A stretch of 53,841 bases of DNA from a virus (lineage: Duplodnaviria; Caudoviricetes): the IMG/VR virus record IMGVR_UViG_3300011339_000955, positions 1 through 53,841 of that record, one strand, 5' to 3'. A model generated the notes under the pieces. That model made no database searches, was not told the DNA's origin, and worked only from the letters and a program-made list of their open reading frames with translations. Numbering within the stretch: the first letter of the stretch is position 1; each line of letters starts with the position of its first letter. Of the stretch, positions 26,496-37,160 are shown one piece after another. A program made the position numbers and the translations under genes.

Positions 26496-29400
26496 TATGC
26501 GTTCCTTGGAAAAGCTGCAATTTTTACAGTCTGACCGGCAGGAGAGGCAGTCCTAAGGCCGGAAGAGGTTTGTTTAGTGTAGGATACATTAGCAAGAAGT
26601 AACGAATTTCCACTGCCTCCGGTAATTGATATACCAAAGTCTAGGTTGCCTGCCCCACCGTTTCCAATAGGATTAGTCCAGGATATTGGAAATATATCAC
26701 CAACTCCTACAGGATTTCCTGTTTCATTATTAATAGTAGTATAATAATTAGAAAAGTTAACAGGAGTCCCTGCGCTCCAACCTGAGCCATTATTGAAAAA
26801 TGGGGTAACGTCTACACTGTAGCTAGTCAGCCACCCTACCTCGCTGTCAAAAACACTACTTTGTATAGCATTACATTGTATATTAAAGTTATACACATTA
26901 TCATAAGCATCTGCAACATCATTTTTTTGCATGACACGTGTTGGGTTCCCGGTTCCTCCTGCCGCATCTGTTGAGTTTGAAACGGTTGATGTTGTGCCAG
27001 GAGTAATAATTTTTGCGTATACTGTAGCCCCTGTTGCTGTAACACCAGTAAGTAGAACACTGTAGGCTTCACCTGTAGTTAATGGCGCAAGATTTGAGAG
27101 ATCTAGAACGTACTCTGGGATGCTACCAATAGAAACGCCATCTGCCCAAGTAATTGCTGCCCCATCCACGCCAGTTTTGCGAATACTTTCTAGACCAACC
27201 TTTAAGCGGGCGGCCCCAACTGTAATACCAGAAGAAACGTTTAAGTCAGCTGTCATTCTAATTTGCGAGCCAGTCACGTCAAATACAGGTACATCAGTTA
27301 CGTTATTAAATATCTGAAATACATCTGTTGTAAAAGATACTATTTCTTCAATTGTAAATTCGTAAATATCAATAATACCCCCAGATCCCCCTGTGCGCTC
27401 CATATCAAATCGTGGCCGCCAGTATGCACTAGAGGCAGATTTACCTGTACAGGTAAAAATTGCACCGAAGTCAACAACCCCATCTGCCACCACAAAGTTT
27501 GTGTCAGTTAGTACACGGTTTCTATCCACAGTAGCAGCCCCTACATCTGATGCAGCTGCAGGATCAGTATGAGCATAGGAGCTGTTCAAACCGTTTATAT
27601 AAAACCCAACTCGTAGTGTACCCCCTGTAGCATTTTGATTTACTACGGCTCTAACTCGTACACGATATTTTCTACCTACTTGTGGAGAAATAAGCTCTTT
27701 GGTTTGAAAGTAAATATTGCCTGAGGAAAGATTTACGCGAGCAACTCTACCCACGCCAGCAACATCTACATAAGTAGTTTGCGTAGGATCACCTACAGTT
27801 GATGGAGTTCCTCCAAATGCAGTTGTCCAGTATAGTCCATTCTCTACAAAGTTTGAGACTCTTCCAGGGTTACGACCCGCTCCCCCAACAATAACAGCAG
27901 TAGTAAACTGAGCATCAGTTCTATCAGCTGTAGCAGTATTAGCTGAAAATGTAGCACTTCTTGCCCATAAGTACTCTCCGGTTGATAGTGAAGGAGCTGC
28001 TGTGCTCCAACCGTTGAGTGACCCAGAAACAACTGTTAGTGCATTACTACTAAATGTATACCTGAACGTTCCAGTAAATGCTCCGGGAGGGGAAGATGGG
28101 CTTGTATTTTTTGCAAATAAAGTTACTGTTGCATTGTTAAGTCCGTCAGTACCGTTAGTACCTTGAATTGATTTAGCTAGTGATTGTGTCTTGGTAATAG
28201 TACTTGTAGCACCTGTAGAGCTTCTAATTGTAACTGTATATGTAATAGTAGCATTATCAGTTGTCATACTACTATGTTGAGCAAAAGTATTGTTAGTTTG
28301 GGTACCTATAGTAATTGTACCAGTACCTACAGCTGCTGTAACAGAGAAAGTACTATTTCCTGAAGCTGCATAAGTTAAAGCAGTTGCCCCTTCATAAGCT
28401 AAAATAGTGGTACCAGAGCCTGTATATGTTACAACTCCAGCATTTGTAGTTGGTAGTGTATGTGCTTCATTAGTTAATAAAGCACTAATAGCATTATTAC
28501 CGTTGGTTCCTGGGCGTATTCCAATAACACTAGTTTGATCTCTTGCAAGTATTGCTGACGTATTAGTACCTTCTCTTATTCTAACTTCTACTTTTGTATT
28601 AGCAATAGAGCCAGGAGCTGTCAATACATAAGTATTTGTTGTTGTGTTTTGCTGAGAAACATCATTAACAAGAAAGTCATAGAATACAGTACCACTAGTA
28701 TTTGAAGCTGTAGCTGTAAGCGTCACAGATCCGGGGGTTGGAGAAGTACCAGCAGAGTCATAAGTAAATACCTGAGATGTTGCAGTTAAGTCAACTACTC
28801 TTGAGTTTAAGCTTGCAGCTACCCAAGTACTACCATTCCAAGTATATAATATACCGGCAGAATCTAGTCTAGGTTCCCCAATATAAGTACCCGCTATTGT
28901 AGTGTCGCCTTGTGCAATTTCAGTTATATTTTCATAGTACCTTTCTATATTATAAAAAGATACTATACCGTTACCTGTGGTAGGCACGGATACTACTCTA
29001 AACTCTGAGCCTACTACATAAGATACACCAGTAGTTCCTGCTACGGTGTTCCAGTTTGTTGCACCTAACTCAACTATTTGATATGTTTTTCCAGCTGTAA
29101 TAGGTTTTGCGGGGTATGCTCTTTTTACTGTACTACCTGTTCCTGTAGCAATTATGTTTTGATTAACAATTTTTATTACATTTCCTACTGCATAAGTTAT
29201 CCCAGTAGTTCCTGCGATACTATTCCAATTAGTACTACCAAGTGCAGCAATTTCATAGTATTTATCTACTGAGGCACCTATAATATCAAAAGCTGTTTGA
29301 GTAAGCACTACGTACTTGGGAGCAGCAATACCTGTTCCACTTCCTACAGCGGCGGCTTTAAATGAGTCTCCTACAGCGTAGGTTATGCCTGTGGTACCTG

Positions 29401-30238
29401 CCGCAGTATTCCAAGCTGTATCCCCTAGAGAAACAATTATATACTCTTTTCCTACTACAAAGTTTCCAGCAACTAAATTTGCTTGAGAAAGTTCCGCCGT
29501 AACTTTACCTATAATTGTATCTAATAACACATCTGGGTAGTACCTAGGAACGTACACTGCTCCTGCAGTAACTGGTCTATCTACCTGTATAGTTTGCTCG
29601 TCAATAAATTTATTTATTCTTGCCCAAGTACTACCTACTTTTATAATTTGGCCAACTTGAGAAGTTAAGTAAGAAAAATCTGAAGCAACAGTTCCTGTTC
29701 CAGCTCCTGCTCCCGCCCCATTAACGGCTGCTACTATCCAGTCTCCTACCTTATATGTTACCCCTGTTGTACCTGCTGCAGTATTCCAATTAGTTGTGCC
29801 CAAGAAAAGTATTTTGTAAAGTCTACCTGCTACAATACTTTCATCTTGAATAACATTAGATACTACTTTACCCGTGCCAGAGCTAACTCCAGTTGCTGTA
29901 AAGACAACGCCGGGAGTGTTATCAAAAGCTCCTATTGTTGTAAAGTCGCTATTACCTATTTTTGAAATAGTATAAGTACTGCCATTTACTGTTTGGTTTG
30001 CGTTAAGTACAGTTACATTTTCTAACTTTACAGTTGTACTTCCTAAAACAGTAGCACTTCCAGCAAACTGTAGCAAATCACTTGGAGGAGTAGCTTCTGT
30101 AATTTCTTTAAAGTATATAGCTATGCCATCTTGCACCTCTTTAAAAAGGCGAAAGCCGTCATTTGCATCATATGCTATAAATGACTCGTCAGTATCAGGC
30201 AGTATATTTCTAAATTCTAATTGTGTAAAAGATGGCAT
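26495..30238 (-). CDS. Tail fibre / receptor-binding protein with internal repeats
   Basis: 1247 aa, Thr/Gly/Ser-rich, directly after the gpJ-like gene (TAATG coupling); five Y.I..LG.T.WN..AGTTG-type repeats. Confidence 0.8.
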   Translation of the reverse strand: MPSFTQLEFRNILPDTDESFIAYDANDGFRLFKEVQDGIAIYFKEITEATPPSDLLQFAGSATVLGSTTVKLENVTVLNANQTVNGSTYTISKIGNSDFTTIGAFDNTPGVVFTATGVSSGTGKVVSNVIQDESIVAGRLYKILFLGTTNWNTAAGTTGVTYKVGDWIVAAVNGAGAGAGTGTVASDFSYLTSQVGQIIKVGSTWARINKFIDEQTIQVDRPVTAGAVYVPRYYPDVLLDTIIGKVTAELSQANLVAGNFVVGKEYIIVSLGDTAWNTAAGTTGITYAVGDSFKAAAVGSGTGIAAPKYVVLTQTAFDIIGASVDKYYEIAALGSTNWNSIAGTTGITYAVGNVIKIVNQNIIATGTGSTVKRAYPAKPITAGKTYQIVELGATNWNTVAGTTGVSYVVGSEFRVVSVPTTGNGIVSFYNIERYYENITEIAQGDTTIAGTYIGEPRLDSAGILYTWNGSTWVAASLNSRVVDLTATSQVFTYDSAGTSPTPGSVTLTATASNTSGTVFYDFLVNDVSQQNTTTNTYVLTAPGSIANTKVEVRIREGTNTSAILARDQTSVIGIRPGTNGNNAISALLTNEAHTLPTTNAGVVTYTGSGTTILAYEGATALTYAASGNSTFSVTAAVGTGTITIGTQTNNTFAQHSSMTTDNATITYTVTIRSSTGATSTITKTQSLAKSIQGTNGTDGLNNATVTLFAKNTSPSSPPGAFTGTFRYTFSSNALTVVSGSLNGWSTAAPSLSTGEYLWARSATFSANTATADRTDAQFTTAVIVGGAGRNPGRVSNFVENGLYWTTAFGGTPSTVGDPTQTTYVDVAGVGRVARVNLSSGNIYFQTKELISPQVGRKYRVRVRAVVNQNATGGTLRVGFYINGLNSSYAHTDPAAASDVGAATVDRNRVLTDTNFVVADGVVDFGAIFTCTGKSASSAYWRPRFDMERTGGSGGIIDIYEFTIEEIVSFTTDVFQIFNNVTDVPVFDVTGSQIRMTADLNVSSGITVGAARLKVGLESIRKTGVDGAAITWADGVSIGSIPEYVLDLSNLAPLTTGEAYSVLLTGVTATGATVYAKIITPGTTSTVSNSTDAAGGTGNPTRVMQKNDVADAYDNVYNFNIQCNAIQSSVFDSEVGWLTSYSVDVTPFFNNGSGWSAGTPVNFSNYYTTINNETGNPVGVGDIFPISWTNPIGNGGAGNLDFGISITGGSGNSLLLANVSYTKQTSSGLRTASPAGQTVKIAAFPRNA

Positions 30239-33200
30239 TATGTTAACTTCCCATCGACGATATCAATCGTGACTCCCGTAGGGGATGTAAATGTATAATT
30301 ATTAGAAGTCTTAATTAGTTTACCTTCAACTCTAGGGCCTACGCTAAACTTACCGCCTTGTGGAAGCCCTACAGATTGTTTTACAGAGCCTGAAACTATA
30401 GCATCAGGATCTACCAGTATAGAGGTAAACACTGGTGGACTTATATTTTTTGCTATACCTTCTGCTCTTAATATAAACTCATGAGTACCGATACTTACAC
30501 CACGAATAGTGTATGTATTCGAAGAAGACTCTAATGGTATAGTTGTGCTTACTCCAATAGAATCAATATAATCAAGTTTATACTTAGATAAATTTTTATA
30601 TATCGTGCTTCCGGGTACTCCTCCCACAGCAATTTGTGGTGGCGTCCAGGTTAGTACAATATCAATAGAATTTATCGAAGCTACAGAGTTATTTATACTA
30701 GAGTCCTTGTAGGACACAGAAGCAGCAAAATTTGTTGGGGCAGGGACTTCTTCCCTAAAATCTATTCTTCCTGGGGTACTAATAGTGTAATTTTCATCTA
30801 ATTCTTCAAATTTTTCATTAAAATGTAGTCCAGCGTTTATGCTATAAACTCCAATACTTTCTTCTGCTATACCCATAACTCTGTATAAGTTACTGCCGGT
30901 TTCTACTTCTACGCTGTTTTGTTCTTGAACTAACGCCCATATAAAATCATTTTGGGGTGCCGAAGAAAATCCAGAACTTACTGTTAAGGAAGTAACAGAG
31001 AGAGGATAAGTACCTCCTGGTAATGTAACGGATCTAGTCTCTAAGTGTATATTAGGAGCCCAAACAGTTTTTACAGCCTTCCCTGTATCATCTACAAGTC
31101 TAGCAGCTGTTTCTTCATTATAAGCATTTGTTAAACCATTTGTAGTACCAGTAAACTGTGTTAAACCTGTAGGTAATATGTCTCCAGCTTTATATGTTAC
31201 TGTTTGTATCACTGCTTCACCTTGTGCAACGTAAATAGCATCCCCCTCTACCATACAGCTTAACTTGTACGTATTAGTGGAGGTAGGTAATATAAGTGGT
31301 TTGTCTAAAGTAACTACCGTTGTTGTAGCAGAAAGAACACGACCAGAGTACCTAATACGATATCTATCTGCATCTTGAACTCTAATAATGTCTCCAGGTT
31401 TTAGCATACCAGCGTTTTCACCAGTTCTAAAATTTATTATTTCATTATTATATTTAGCGGTAAGAAGTTTCCATTTTGCATACCTTATAGCTTGTGATCT
31501 TGTAACGGCGCCAAAAGCTACAGCTTCTTCCGTTATTATACGGCCAGTAGTGACCATGCCTTCTACGTCATCAACAAGTTCTACAGCACGTTCATAAAAA
31601 TTTTTACTATCGTTAAAAGTAACAGCTATTTGATTAGGTCTAGCTTTTATACCAACATTTTCATAATTAAATATACCATCTATAATATTACCTTTGGTAA
31701 ACGTATAAACAGGTTCTTTTGGCCTATCGGCTTCTAAGAGTAATTTTCCATCAATCCAAAAAGGTAGTGAAAACATAATAGTACAAAAATCTTTTATAAT
31801 AGAATAAGCTTCTGTTGCTTCTGTTAGATATACACCGCACACAAAGCGAGGCTCTAAACCTCCTTCACCGTTTGAAACTAGTTCATCACATCTTCTGGCT
31901 AATGAATAAAAAGAAAATTTATTGATACTATCGGCAGAGATCCACTCACCTAGTCCAAATCTTCTATTTAGTAGTAAGCTTCTAAGCACCCATACTGGAT
32001 TGTTACAATAAACATTAGTTCTAAAGTTGCCATCCCAATTTTGGTAAGAACCTGTAATAGCTCCTGTAGTTACATTTCTATTATAACTTGCTACACCAGT
32101 ACCGCCATTAGCTAAGTCTTCTTCCCTTGTTACATAGTTACTTGGAACTTCACATCTTAAACCTCTGACACGATAAGCTCTTTGTGGAAGTTTACCCTCA
32201 TGCTCATTTGCGTCTAGCATTAGAGCGCAATAAGCGCTGTAAGGATAAGATACTTTATCATCTATAAATGCCTGCGCTGACTTTAAGGTTGTTGAGTTAG
32301 AGATTTTCCAGTTATCTGACCATCTATAGTTTACTGGAGTAATTCTTTTAATTCTTATTCTCCAGTCTGAGAATGGTTTATACTGATCAATATTTAATTC
32401 AAACTCAAAATCTACAGAGTCTTTTTGCCCGGTGAGGCCTGCGTAAATAGAGCCAGAGCTCCAGCTAAAAGGGCTAAGCTGATTTGCCCATATCCAAGAG
32501 GTACCTGGTCTAGATATATCGCTATCAGCAGGGCCAAACATAAGTACAGAAGTAAAAGCCTCCGCGGGATTATTTTTGTAATCAAACCAGATTTGAAAAG
32601 TCACTCCAGTAGGAGCAGTGTCGTCATTACTTGCTTTGCTGGATTGTAAGCCGCTAGGGCATGTTATAGTTAATATAACACGATCAGCATCTTTGTCTAG
32701 ATCTATTCCAGAAGTTATTGTTGTTTCGCTGGGTGTACTATCCGCATAGTTAAACGCGGTATAACCTTTTACTCTGTATCTTTCTAGTAGTTTTTGTAAT
32801 TGTGCGGCATCTCCTGGAGGTGTAGGATTTGGTACCCAATAATCAACATGTTGTTTAATTTCTGTACCAAACGCTTTACCAGATATAGCATTAGTATACC
32901 CTGGCATATTTATTATCGGTGTTTGAGATGCAGAACCAGATCTATAGGCAACACGAACAGATTTAAAGTTTAACTTTGGGCTATACTCAAGACCAAGGCT
33001 AGAAGTGTCTTCTCCAATTACAATATTATACGTAGAGTTTGTAGGAACAGTTGCCAGCGTCGTAGTATACTGGTTGCCAGTTTGGCCAATTTCTTGTGTT
33101 ATTGTTCCATAAGTAAAAAGATCCCAAGTCACTACTCTGTTAGATATATGTCTTGGTATTGGCGGGAATACGGTCGCCGATGTCCCAGAAATAACAGAAG

Positions 33201-33627
33201 TTATTTCTCCAACATAATCACTTCCGTCTATCTCGCCCGCATTTTTTATTCTTATTTTTTGATATAACCCACTTACTCCAGGAGATTGAGAGGCTATCAT
33301 ATTAGTAGTAAAAAAATTTGCTTGAGACACGTTTATTGTAGATGTAGCCCCAGTAATAGTACTACTTAAAACTGAAGATTTTGAAGCCCCTTCTACTAAA
33401 ATAGGTCTTTCGTCTCCAGGAGTAAAAGTTACCCCTGAAGGAAATTGAAAAGTAAATACTCCAGAAGTTATAGGTCTTGTAATTGTCATAGCTTGCACAC
33501 TACCTATAGTACTAGAATTTGCAATTGGGGTTTTATCTAAATATATTGACGCAAGCCCATCAACTAGGGTGATTTCTCCTTCACCTAGTAAGTCATATAC
33601 CATTATTGAATTTGTTTTATATGCCAT
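30238..33627 (-). CDS. Tip attachment / hub protein (lambda gpJ-like) with an FN3-like domain
   Basis: YDLLGEGEI..LASIYLD.TP, YPYSAY, VPSNY, WDGNF..NNPVW, RFGLG, CDELV..EPRF, LKPGDII.VQD. Confidence 0.88.
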   Translation of the reverse strand: MAYKTNSIMVYDLLGEGEITLVDGLASIYLDKTPIANSSTIGSVQAMTITRPITSGVFTFQFPSGVTFTPGDERPILVEGASKSSVLSSTITGATSTINVSQANFFTTNMIASQSPGVSGLYQKIRIKNAGEIDGSDYVGEITSVISGTSATVFPPIPRHISNRVVTWDLFTYGTITQEIGQTGNQYTTTLATVPTNSTYNIVIGEDTSSLGLEYSPKLNFKSVRVAYRSGSASQTPIINMPGYTNAISGKAFGTEIKQHVDYWVPNPTPPGDAAQLQKLLERYRVKGYTAFNYADSTPSETTITSGIDLDKDADRVILTITCPSGLQSSKASNDDTAPTGVTFQIWFDYKNNPAEAFTSVLMFGPADSDISRPGTSWIWANQLSPFSWSSGSIYAGLTGQKDSVDFEFELNIDQYKPFSDWRIRIKRITPVNYRWSDNWKISNSTTLKSAQAFIDDKVSYPYSAYCALMLDANEHEGKLPQRAYRVRGLRCEVPSNYVTREEDLANGGTGVASYNRNVTTGAITGSYQNWDGNFRTNVYCNNPVWVLRSLLLNRRFGLGEWISADSINKFSFYSLARRCDELVSNGEGGLEPRFVCGVYLTEATEAYSIIKDFCTIMFSLPFWIDGKLLLEADRPKEPVYTFTKGNIIDGIFNYENVGIKARPNQIAVTFNDSKNFYERAVELVDDVEGMVTTGRIITEEAVAFGAVTRSQAIRYAKWKLLTAKYNNEIINFRTGENAGMLKPGDIIRVQDADRYRIRYSGRVLSATTTVVTLDKPLILPTSTNTYKLSCMVEGDAIYVAQGEAVIQTVTYKAGDILPTGLTQFTGTTNGLTNAYNEETAARLVDDTGKAVKTVWAPNIHLETRSVTLPGGTYPLSVTSLTVSSGFSSAPQNDFIWALVQEQNSVEVETGSNLYRVMGIAEESIGVYSINAGLHFNEKFEELDENYTISTPGRIDFREEVPAPTNFAASVSYKDSSINNSVASINSIDIVLTWTPPQIAVGGVPGSTIYKNLSKYKLDYIDSIGVSTTIPLESSSNTYTIRGVSIGTHEFILRAEGIAKNISPPVFTSILVDPDAIVSGSVKQSVGLPQGGKFSVGPRVEGKLIKTSNNYTFTSPTGVTIDIVDGKLT

Positions 33628-34430
33628 TATTGTGCCCTAAAAGTTCCGCCACCATTATCTCTTTCTGAGTCCACAGTATCTAATCCTCCTCCGTTACCCC
33701 CATCTAATATACTGGGTTGACCAGCGCCCGGCGGTACTATAGGGGCAGGGGAAGTAGGATAAGCTGTAATAGTTCCTGCGCTTGTAGGAACACTGCCACC
33801 ACGAATACCGCTAGATATAACTACACCACCTATGATCATTTCTCCGCAAAGAATAGGTATTGGAGTATCTCCTACTACAGTATTTTCTGGACCATCAAAA
33901 GAGTAAACTTTTTCTTGGTCTACAGAAGGATCGGGGGCCCACATTTGTTGTAAGCCGGCCACAAGAAGCATAGCGCCTATGCCCCCCATAGCGGCTATAC
34001 CCGCCAGGCCAACTAAAGCGGAAGCGGCAAATCCCGAAGCCAAAGCTCCACTTATACCGCCGGCGGCAGCTGCGGCACTGTACGAGGCATAAGCCCCAAT
34101 AGCTCCTGGTAGCATTATTATTGCAGCTATTAATAGTATACTACCAACAATTGCTTTAGCACTACCCGATTTACTACCGCTAGGAATAGGCGTGATTATT
34201 ATAGTATCTCTGCCAAGATGCATAAAAAGTTCTTCGTTTGACTCTACGAACTTTTCGCCGATTTGTATAGAAAGATCCCCACCGGCTTCATGTAGATCAA
34301 TAAGTGCTTTTCTAAACTCAGGATAGTTTGCATCAATACAGGCAAGCGCCTCACCATAACTATCGGCGGCTATTTTCCAATTTCTGCCAAACCTATCGCC
34401 AAGATCGCCTTGTAATACTAGCTCCATCAT
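33627..34430 (-). CDS. Tail assembly protein I (lambda gpI-like)
   Basis: LQGDLG.RFG, IIITP..GSK, hydrophobic middle, YSFDGPEN..PIPILCGE..IGG. Confidence 0.82.
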   Translation of the reverse strand: MMELVLQGDLGDRFGRNWKIAADSYGEALACIDANYPEFRKALIDLHEAGGDLSIQIGEKFVESNEELFMHLGRDTIIITPIPSGSKSGSAKAIVGSILLIAAIIMLPGAIGAYASYSAAAAAGGISGALASGFAASALVGLAGIAAMGGIGAMLLVAGLQQMWAPDPSVDQEKVYSFDGPENTVVGDTPIPILCGEMIIGGVVISSGIRGGSVPTSAGTITAYPTSPAPIVPPGAGQPSILDGGNGGGLDTVDSERDNGGGTFRAQ

Positions 34431-35118
34431 AACGGTAAATACTTTCTAAAAACTCTGCCCAAAATGGGTAAATGTTCTCTACACAGGACATTCTATTAAC
34501 AGCATGATGATAAAACATATCATCTCCCAGGTATACACCTAAATGATTTTCTATGCTGCTGTCTACTTTAAAAGTAAGAATATCGCCGTACTCTGGGTTA
34601 TCAACCTGCTTCAGCGGCCACTGTGATATGTCATCCTTAATATAATTATAGTGATGTTCCCACCAATTGTCAACCCATTTTCTTCTAGGGGGCACTATTA
34701 TGTCATGAGCGAGATACCAATCCCTAGCGGCCTCGAAGCAGTCTTGTTCCCCAAAGACATACTCTCTGCCAATTAATTTATTATAATTTTTTGGGTAGTA
34801 TACACCGTAGGTGTCAGATTCTATATAATATATTAAATATGGTACCCTTAAAGTATTTAAACAAGAAATATCATGTTCACTTGGCTCATTTCCTGTTGTA
34901 TGCGAATGAACAATTAAATAAGTTTTATCACTTAAAGCTGCATACTGTACTGGATTAATAATGAAATGATCTTCTATACTAGATATATTAGTACATTCAA
35001 CATACTTTGGCTTACCTTTATATACTATAACTACACCGCAAGCTTCCTTAGGAAACTCACGGTGTGCATGTAGTTTAATACTAGTAATTATATCTTTTGG
35101 AAGATGGGAAGCCTCCAT
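34393..35118 (-). CDS. Tail assembly protein K (JAB/MPN + NlpC/P60, lambda gpK-like)
   Basis: HA..EFPKEACG, VHSH..PSEHD, GREYVFG..DC, NHLGVYLG..HH. Confidence 0.9.
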   Translation of the reverse strand: MEASHLPKDIITSIKLHAHREFPKEACGVVIVYKGKPKYVECTNISSIEDHFIINPVQYAALSDKTYLIVHSHTTGNEPSEHDISCLNTLRVPYLIYYIESDTYGVYYPKNYNKLIGREYVFGEQDCFEAARDWYLAHDIIVPPRRKWVDNWWEHHYNYIKDDISQWPLKQVDNPEYGDILTFKVDSSIENHLGVYLGDDMFYHHAVNRMSCVENIYPFWAEFLESIYRYDGASITRRSWR

Positions 35119-36247
35119 AGGGCAAACTCCTTGACGGGTCTTGTGTTGTACTTACTACAGTTTCCGATACTCCAGTAATTGCTGCAGCGGCAGCTTTTGA
35201 CTTATATCTTATGGCGCAACTTTCTAGTTTTTTACCGCAAACATCAACTCTTCTCCAGTAATCTTGATTTGTTTGTGGGGCTTTATTACTGGAGTGGGAT
35301 CGTATACATAACCATATCTTATTATTATGCTTTACTAAGTCCCCATACTCCGACTCAATGTAAGCAAAATAACCAGTACCACTATTCCAGTCTGTGTACA
35401 CTCTTGCTTTTCTAAAAGCTGTGCTACCCGCAGTTTTTACTTGGTAAAAATCAAACTTACTATTATCAATAGTAGTAGTGCCATTTAACTCTTTTCTTCT
35501 TAGACCAGACTTAGCTACTTTATATATACCATCGGCTTGAGCAGAAGTACTGGCTGGGATGGTAGCAACCGTTACACCACCTACTAGTAGATTATTATTT
35601 GAGTCAAAGTAAGCATTTACACCATTATTATTAGAGGTAGATAGCCAGCTACAGGCTCCTACACCACCACCCACAAAAGGAGTATCAATAGCTGCCCCTT
35701 GGTAGGCCCATGAGCATGTATATGGGTAAACTTTTCTTCCTGGAATAGCTACGCCTTCTAAGTCAAATGGTGTGGTAAGCTCAAAACTCACTACAGAGGC
35801 ATTCATGCCATCTATTCTAGCAAATAAATATATATGCCTAGGATACTCTACTGGAGCTGCTGCAGCGCTTGTTACAACAGGTCCTGTATCTAAATACTTT
35901 GCTAAGGTTTTTCTTCTTATAAGTTTTAATCCTAGTAAGTCTTCATATTTAAAAGTACCTAAACCTGTTGAAAGTGTATCTAGTATGTTTGCTACCTGTA
36001 TGTTTGGTCTTGCGTATGCACCTTCTGACTTTTGCTCCCACCCACTAAAAGCTATAGGAAACGGAGTGTACGCTCTATGTGTGTAGGGAGATTCTTTATC
36101 CCTTAAGTATACTGTTGTATGATAATTAGTAAAGCAAAAGAAAGCACTTGCAGCAGGAGCAGTTTTATCTGGATTTTGTATCATAAATAGCTCTACTAAA
36201 TCGCTATCAACAATTTGTCTATTTAACTCTGTACTTATATTAGGCAT
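35081..36247 (-). CDS. Minor tail protein L (lambda gpL-like) with an inserted domain
   Basis: LVELF, RP.I.VAN, RRKTLAKYLD, FELTTPFDL, CSW.Y..C, DVCGKKLESC, LPYGGFP (four conserved Cys). Confidence 0.88.
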   Translation of the reverse strand: MPNISTELNRQIVDSDLVELFMIQNPDKTAPAASAFFCFTNYHTTVYLRDKESPYTHRAYTPFPIAFSGWEQKSEGAYARPNIQVANILDTLSTGLGTFKYEDLLGLKLIRRKTLAKYLDTGPVVTSAAAAPVEYPRHIYLFARIDGMNASVVSFELTTPFDLEGVAIPGRKVYPYTCSWAYQGAAIDTPFVGGGVGACSWLSTSNNNGVNAYFDSNNNLLVGGVTVATIPASTSAQADGIYKVAKSGLRRKELNGTTTIDNSKFDFYQVKTAGSTAFRKARVYTDWNSGTGYFAYIESEYGDLVKHNNKIWLCIRSHSSNKAPQTNQDYWRRVDVCGKKLESCAIRYKSKAAAAAITGVSETVVSTTQDPSRSLPYGGFPSSKRYNY

Positions 36248-37160
36248 TGAAATGCTCCTCGCATGAAACAGTTATAGTTGCGTATAAGGAAGAATCTAAG
36301 GTTACATTCCAAGATACTACTTTATAATTTACATTTGTGCCATCCTCTGACACTACCATAGTCTTTGATCCTTTTAAGCTTTTAAAGTACTCAATAACTC
36401 TTTTAGCTGTAGCAATTGGTAGGCTAGCCATTTTAAAATCTAGCATTTTTGTGACGGCGTTTTCTCCATCGAAACGACTTATAGATAGTGGATTGTAGTC
36501 TACTTTTTCTTCTAGTAAGCGCACTTTTCTAGATATGGAAGGATTTCTATCTACCGTAACAACTAGCGTTGACGGAAAGTTAGTAGGTACTGTAGGGTAC
36601 CAACGATATAAATCTAATATCGCGGTTCTGCTGTTACTACCGCTAGAAACAGCAATAGGGTAAACAGTTGTAGAGTTCCAAGTTACGTTTGTCTGTGCGC
36701 TAGTGGTACTATCTACTATGTACATTGAGATACCCCAAAGTGTACGATCTGCTACAGAGGCCCCGGGGGTTAAGAGCCAACCACTAGGTGTACCTGGAGC
36801 TGAAAAAACTCCTGTAGACCATGTATATGTACTACTAGTTCCGCCTGGAAAAGTAGTAGGTCGTGTAGCGCTCCAGATATAAAATTCTAGGAATCCTACT
36901 CTTTGGCCAGAGATACCGGAGCTACCTACGGGGGTAATATTAGTTGCTGTAGTAGTATTCCAAGTAATGGCAGTTGGGGTTGTAGCTAAACTATCTGAAT
37001 ATACTTGTCTGGCTATATATAAATTTTGTCCAGCTACTGCAGTGCCAGGAGTCTGGCTCCAACCATTTAAAGTAGGAGAGGTAAACTGACCAGTTGCCCA
37101 AGTATAGCTGCTGCTTCCGGTTGGAAATTCTGTAGTTGCAGGTAGTGTAAATGTTATCAT
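36240..37160 (-). CDS. Distal-tail (gpM/Dit-like) paralogue with a large internal insertion
   Basis: N-terminus and the last ~110 aa resemble the adjacent 124-aa gene by eye (IEYFKSLKG vs VNYFTFLKG); the middle has two Trp/Thr-rich repeats. Confidence 0.55.
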   Translation of the reverse strand: MITFTLPATTEFPTGSSSYTWATGQFTSPTLNGWSQTPGTAVAGQNLYIARQVYSDSLATTPTAITWNTTTATNITPVGSSGISGQRVGFLEFYIWSATRPTTFPGGTSSTYTWSTGVFSAPGTPSGWLLTPGASVADRTLWGISMYIVDSTTSAQTNVTWNSTTVYPIAVSSGSNSRTAILDLYRWYPTVPTNFPSTLVVTVDRNPSISRKVRLLEEKVDYNPLSISRFDGENAVTKMLDFKMASLPIATAKRVIEYFKSLKGSKTMVVSEDGTNVNYKVVSWNVTLDSSLYATITVSCEEHFNA

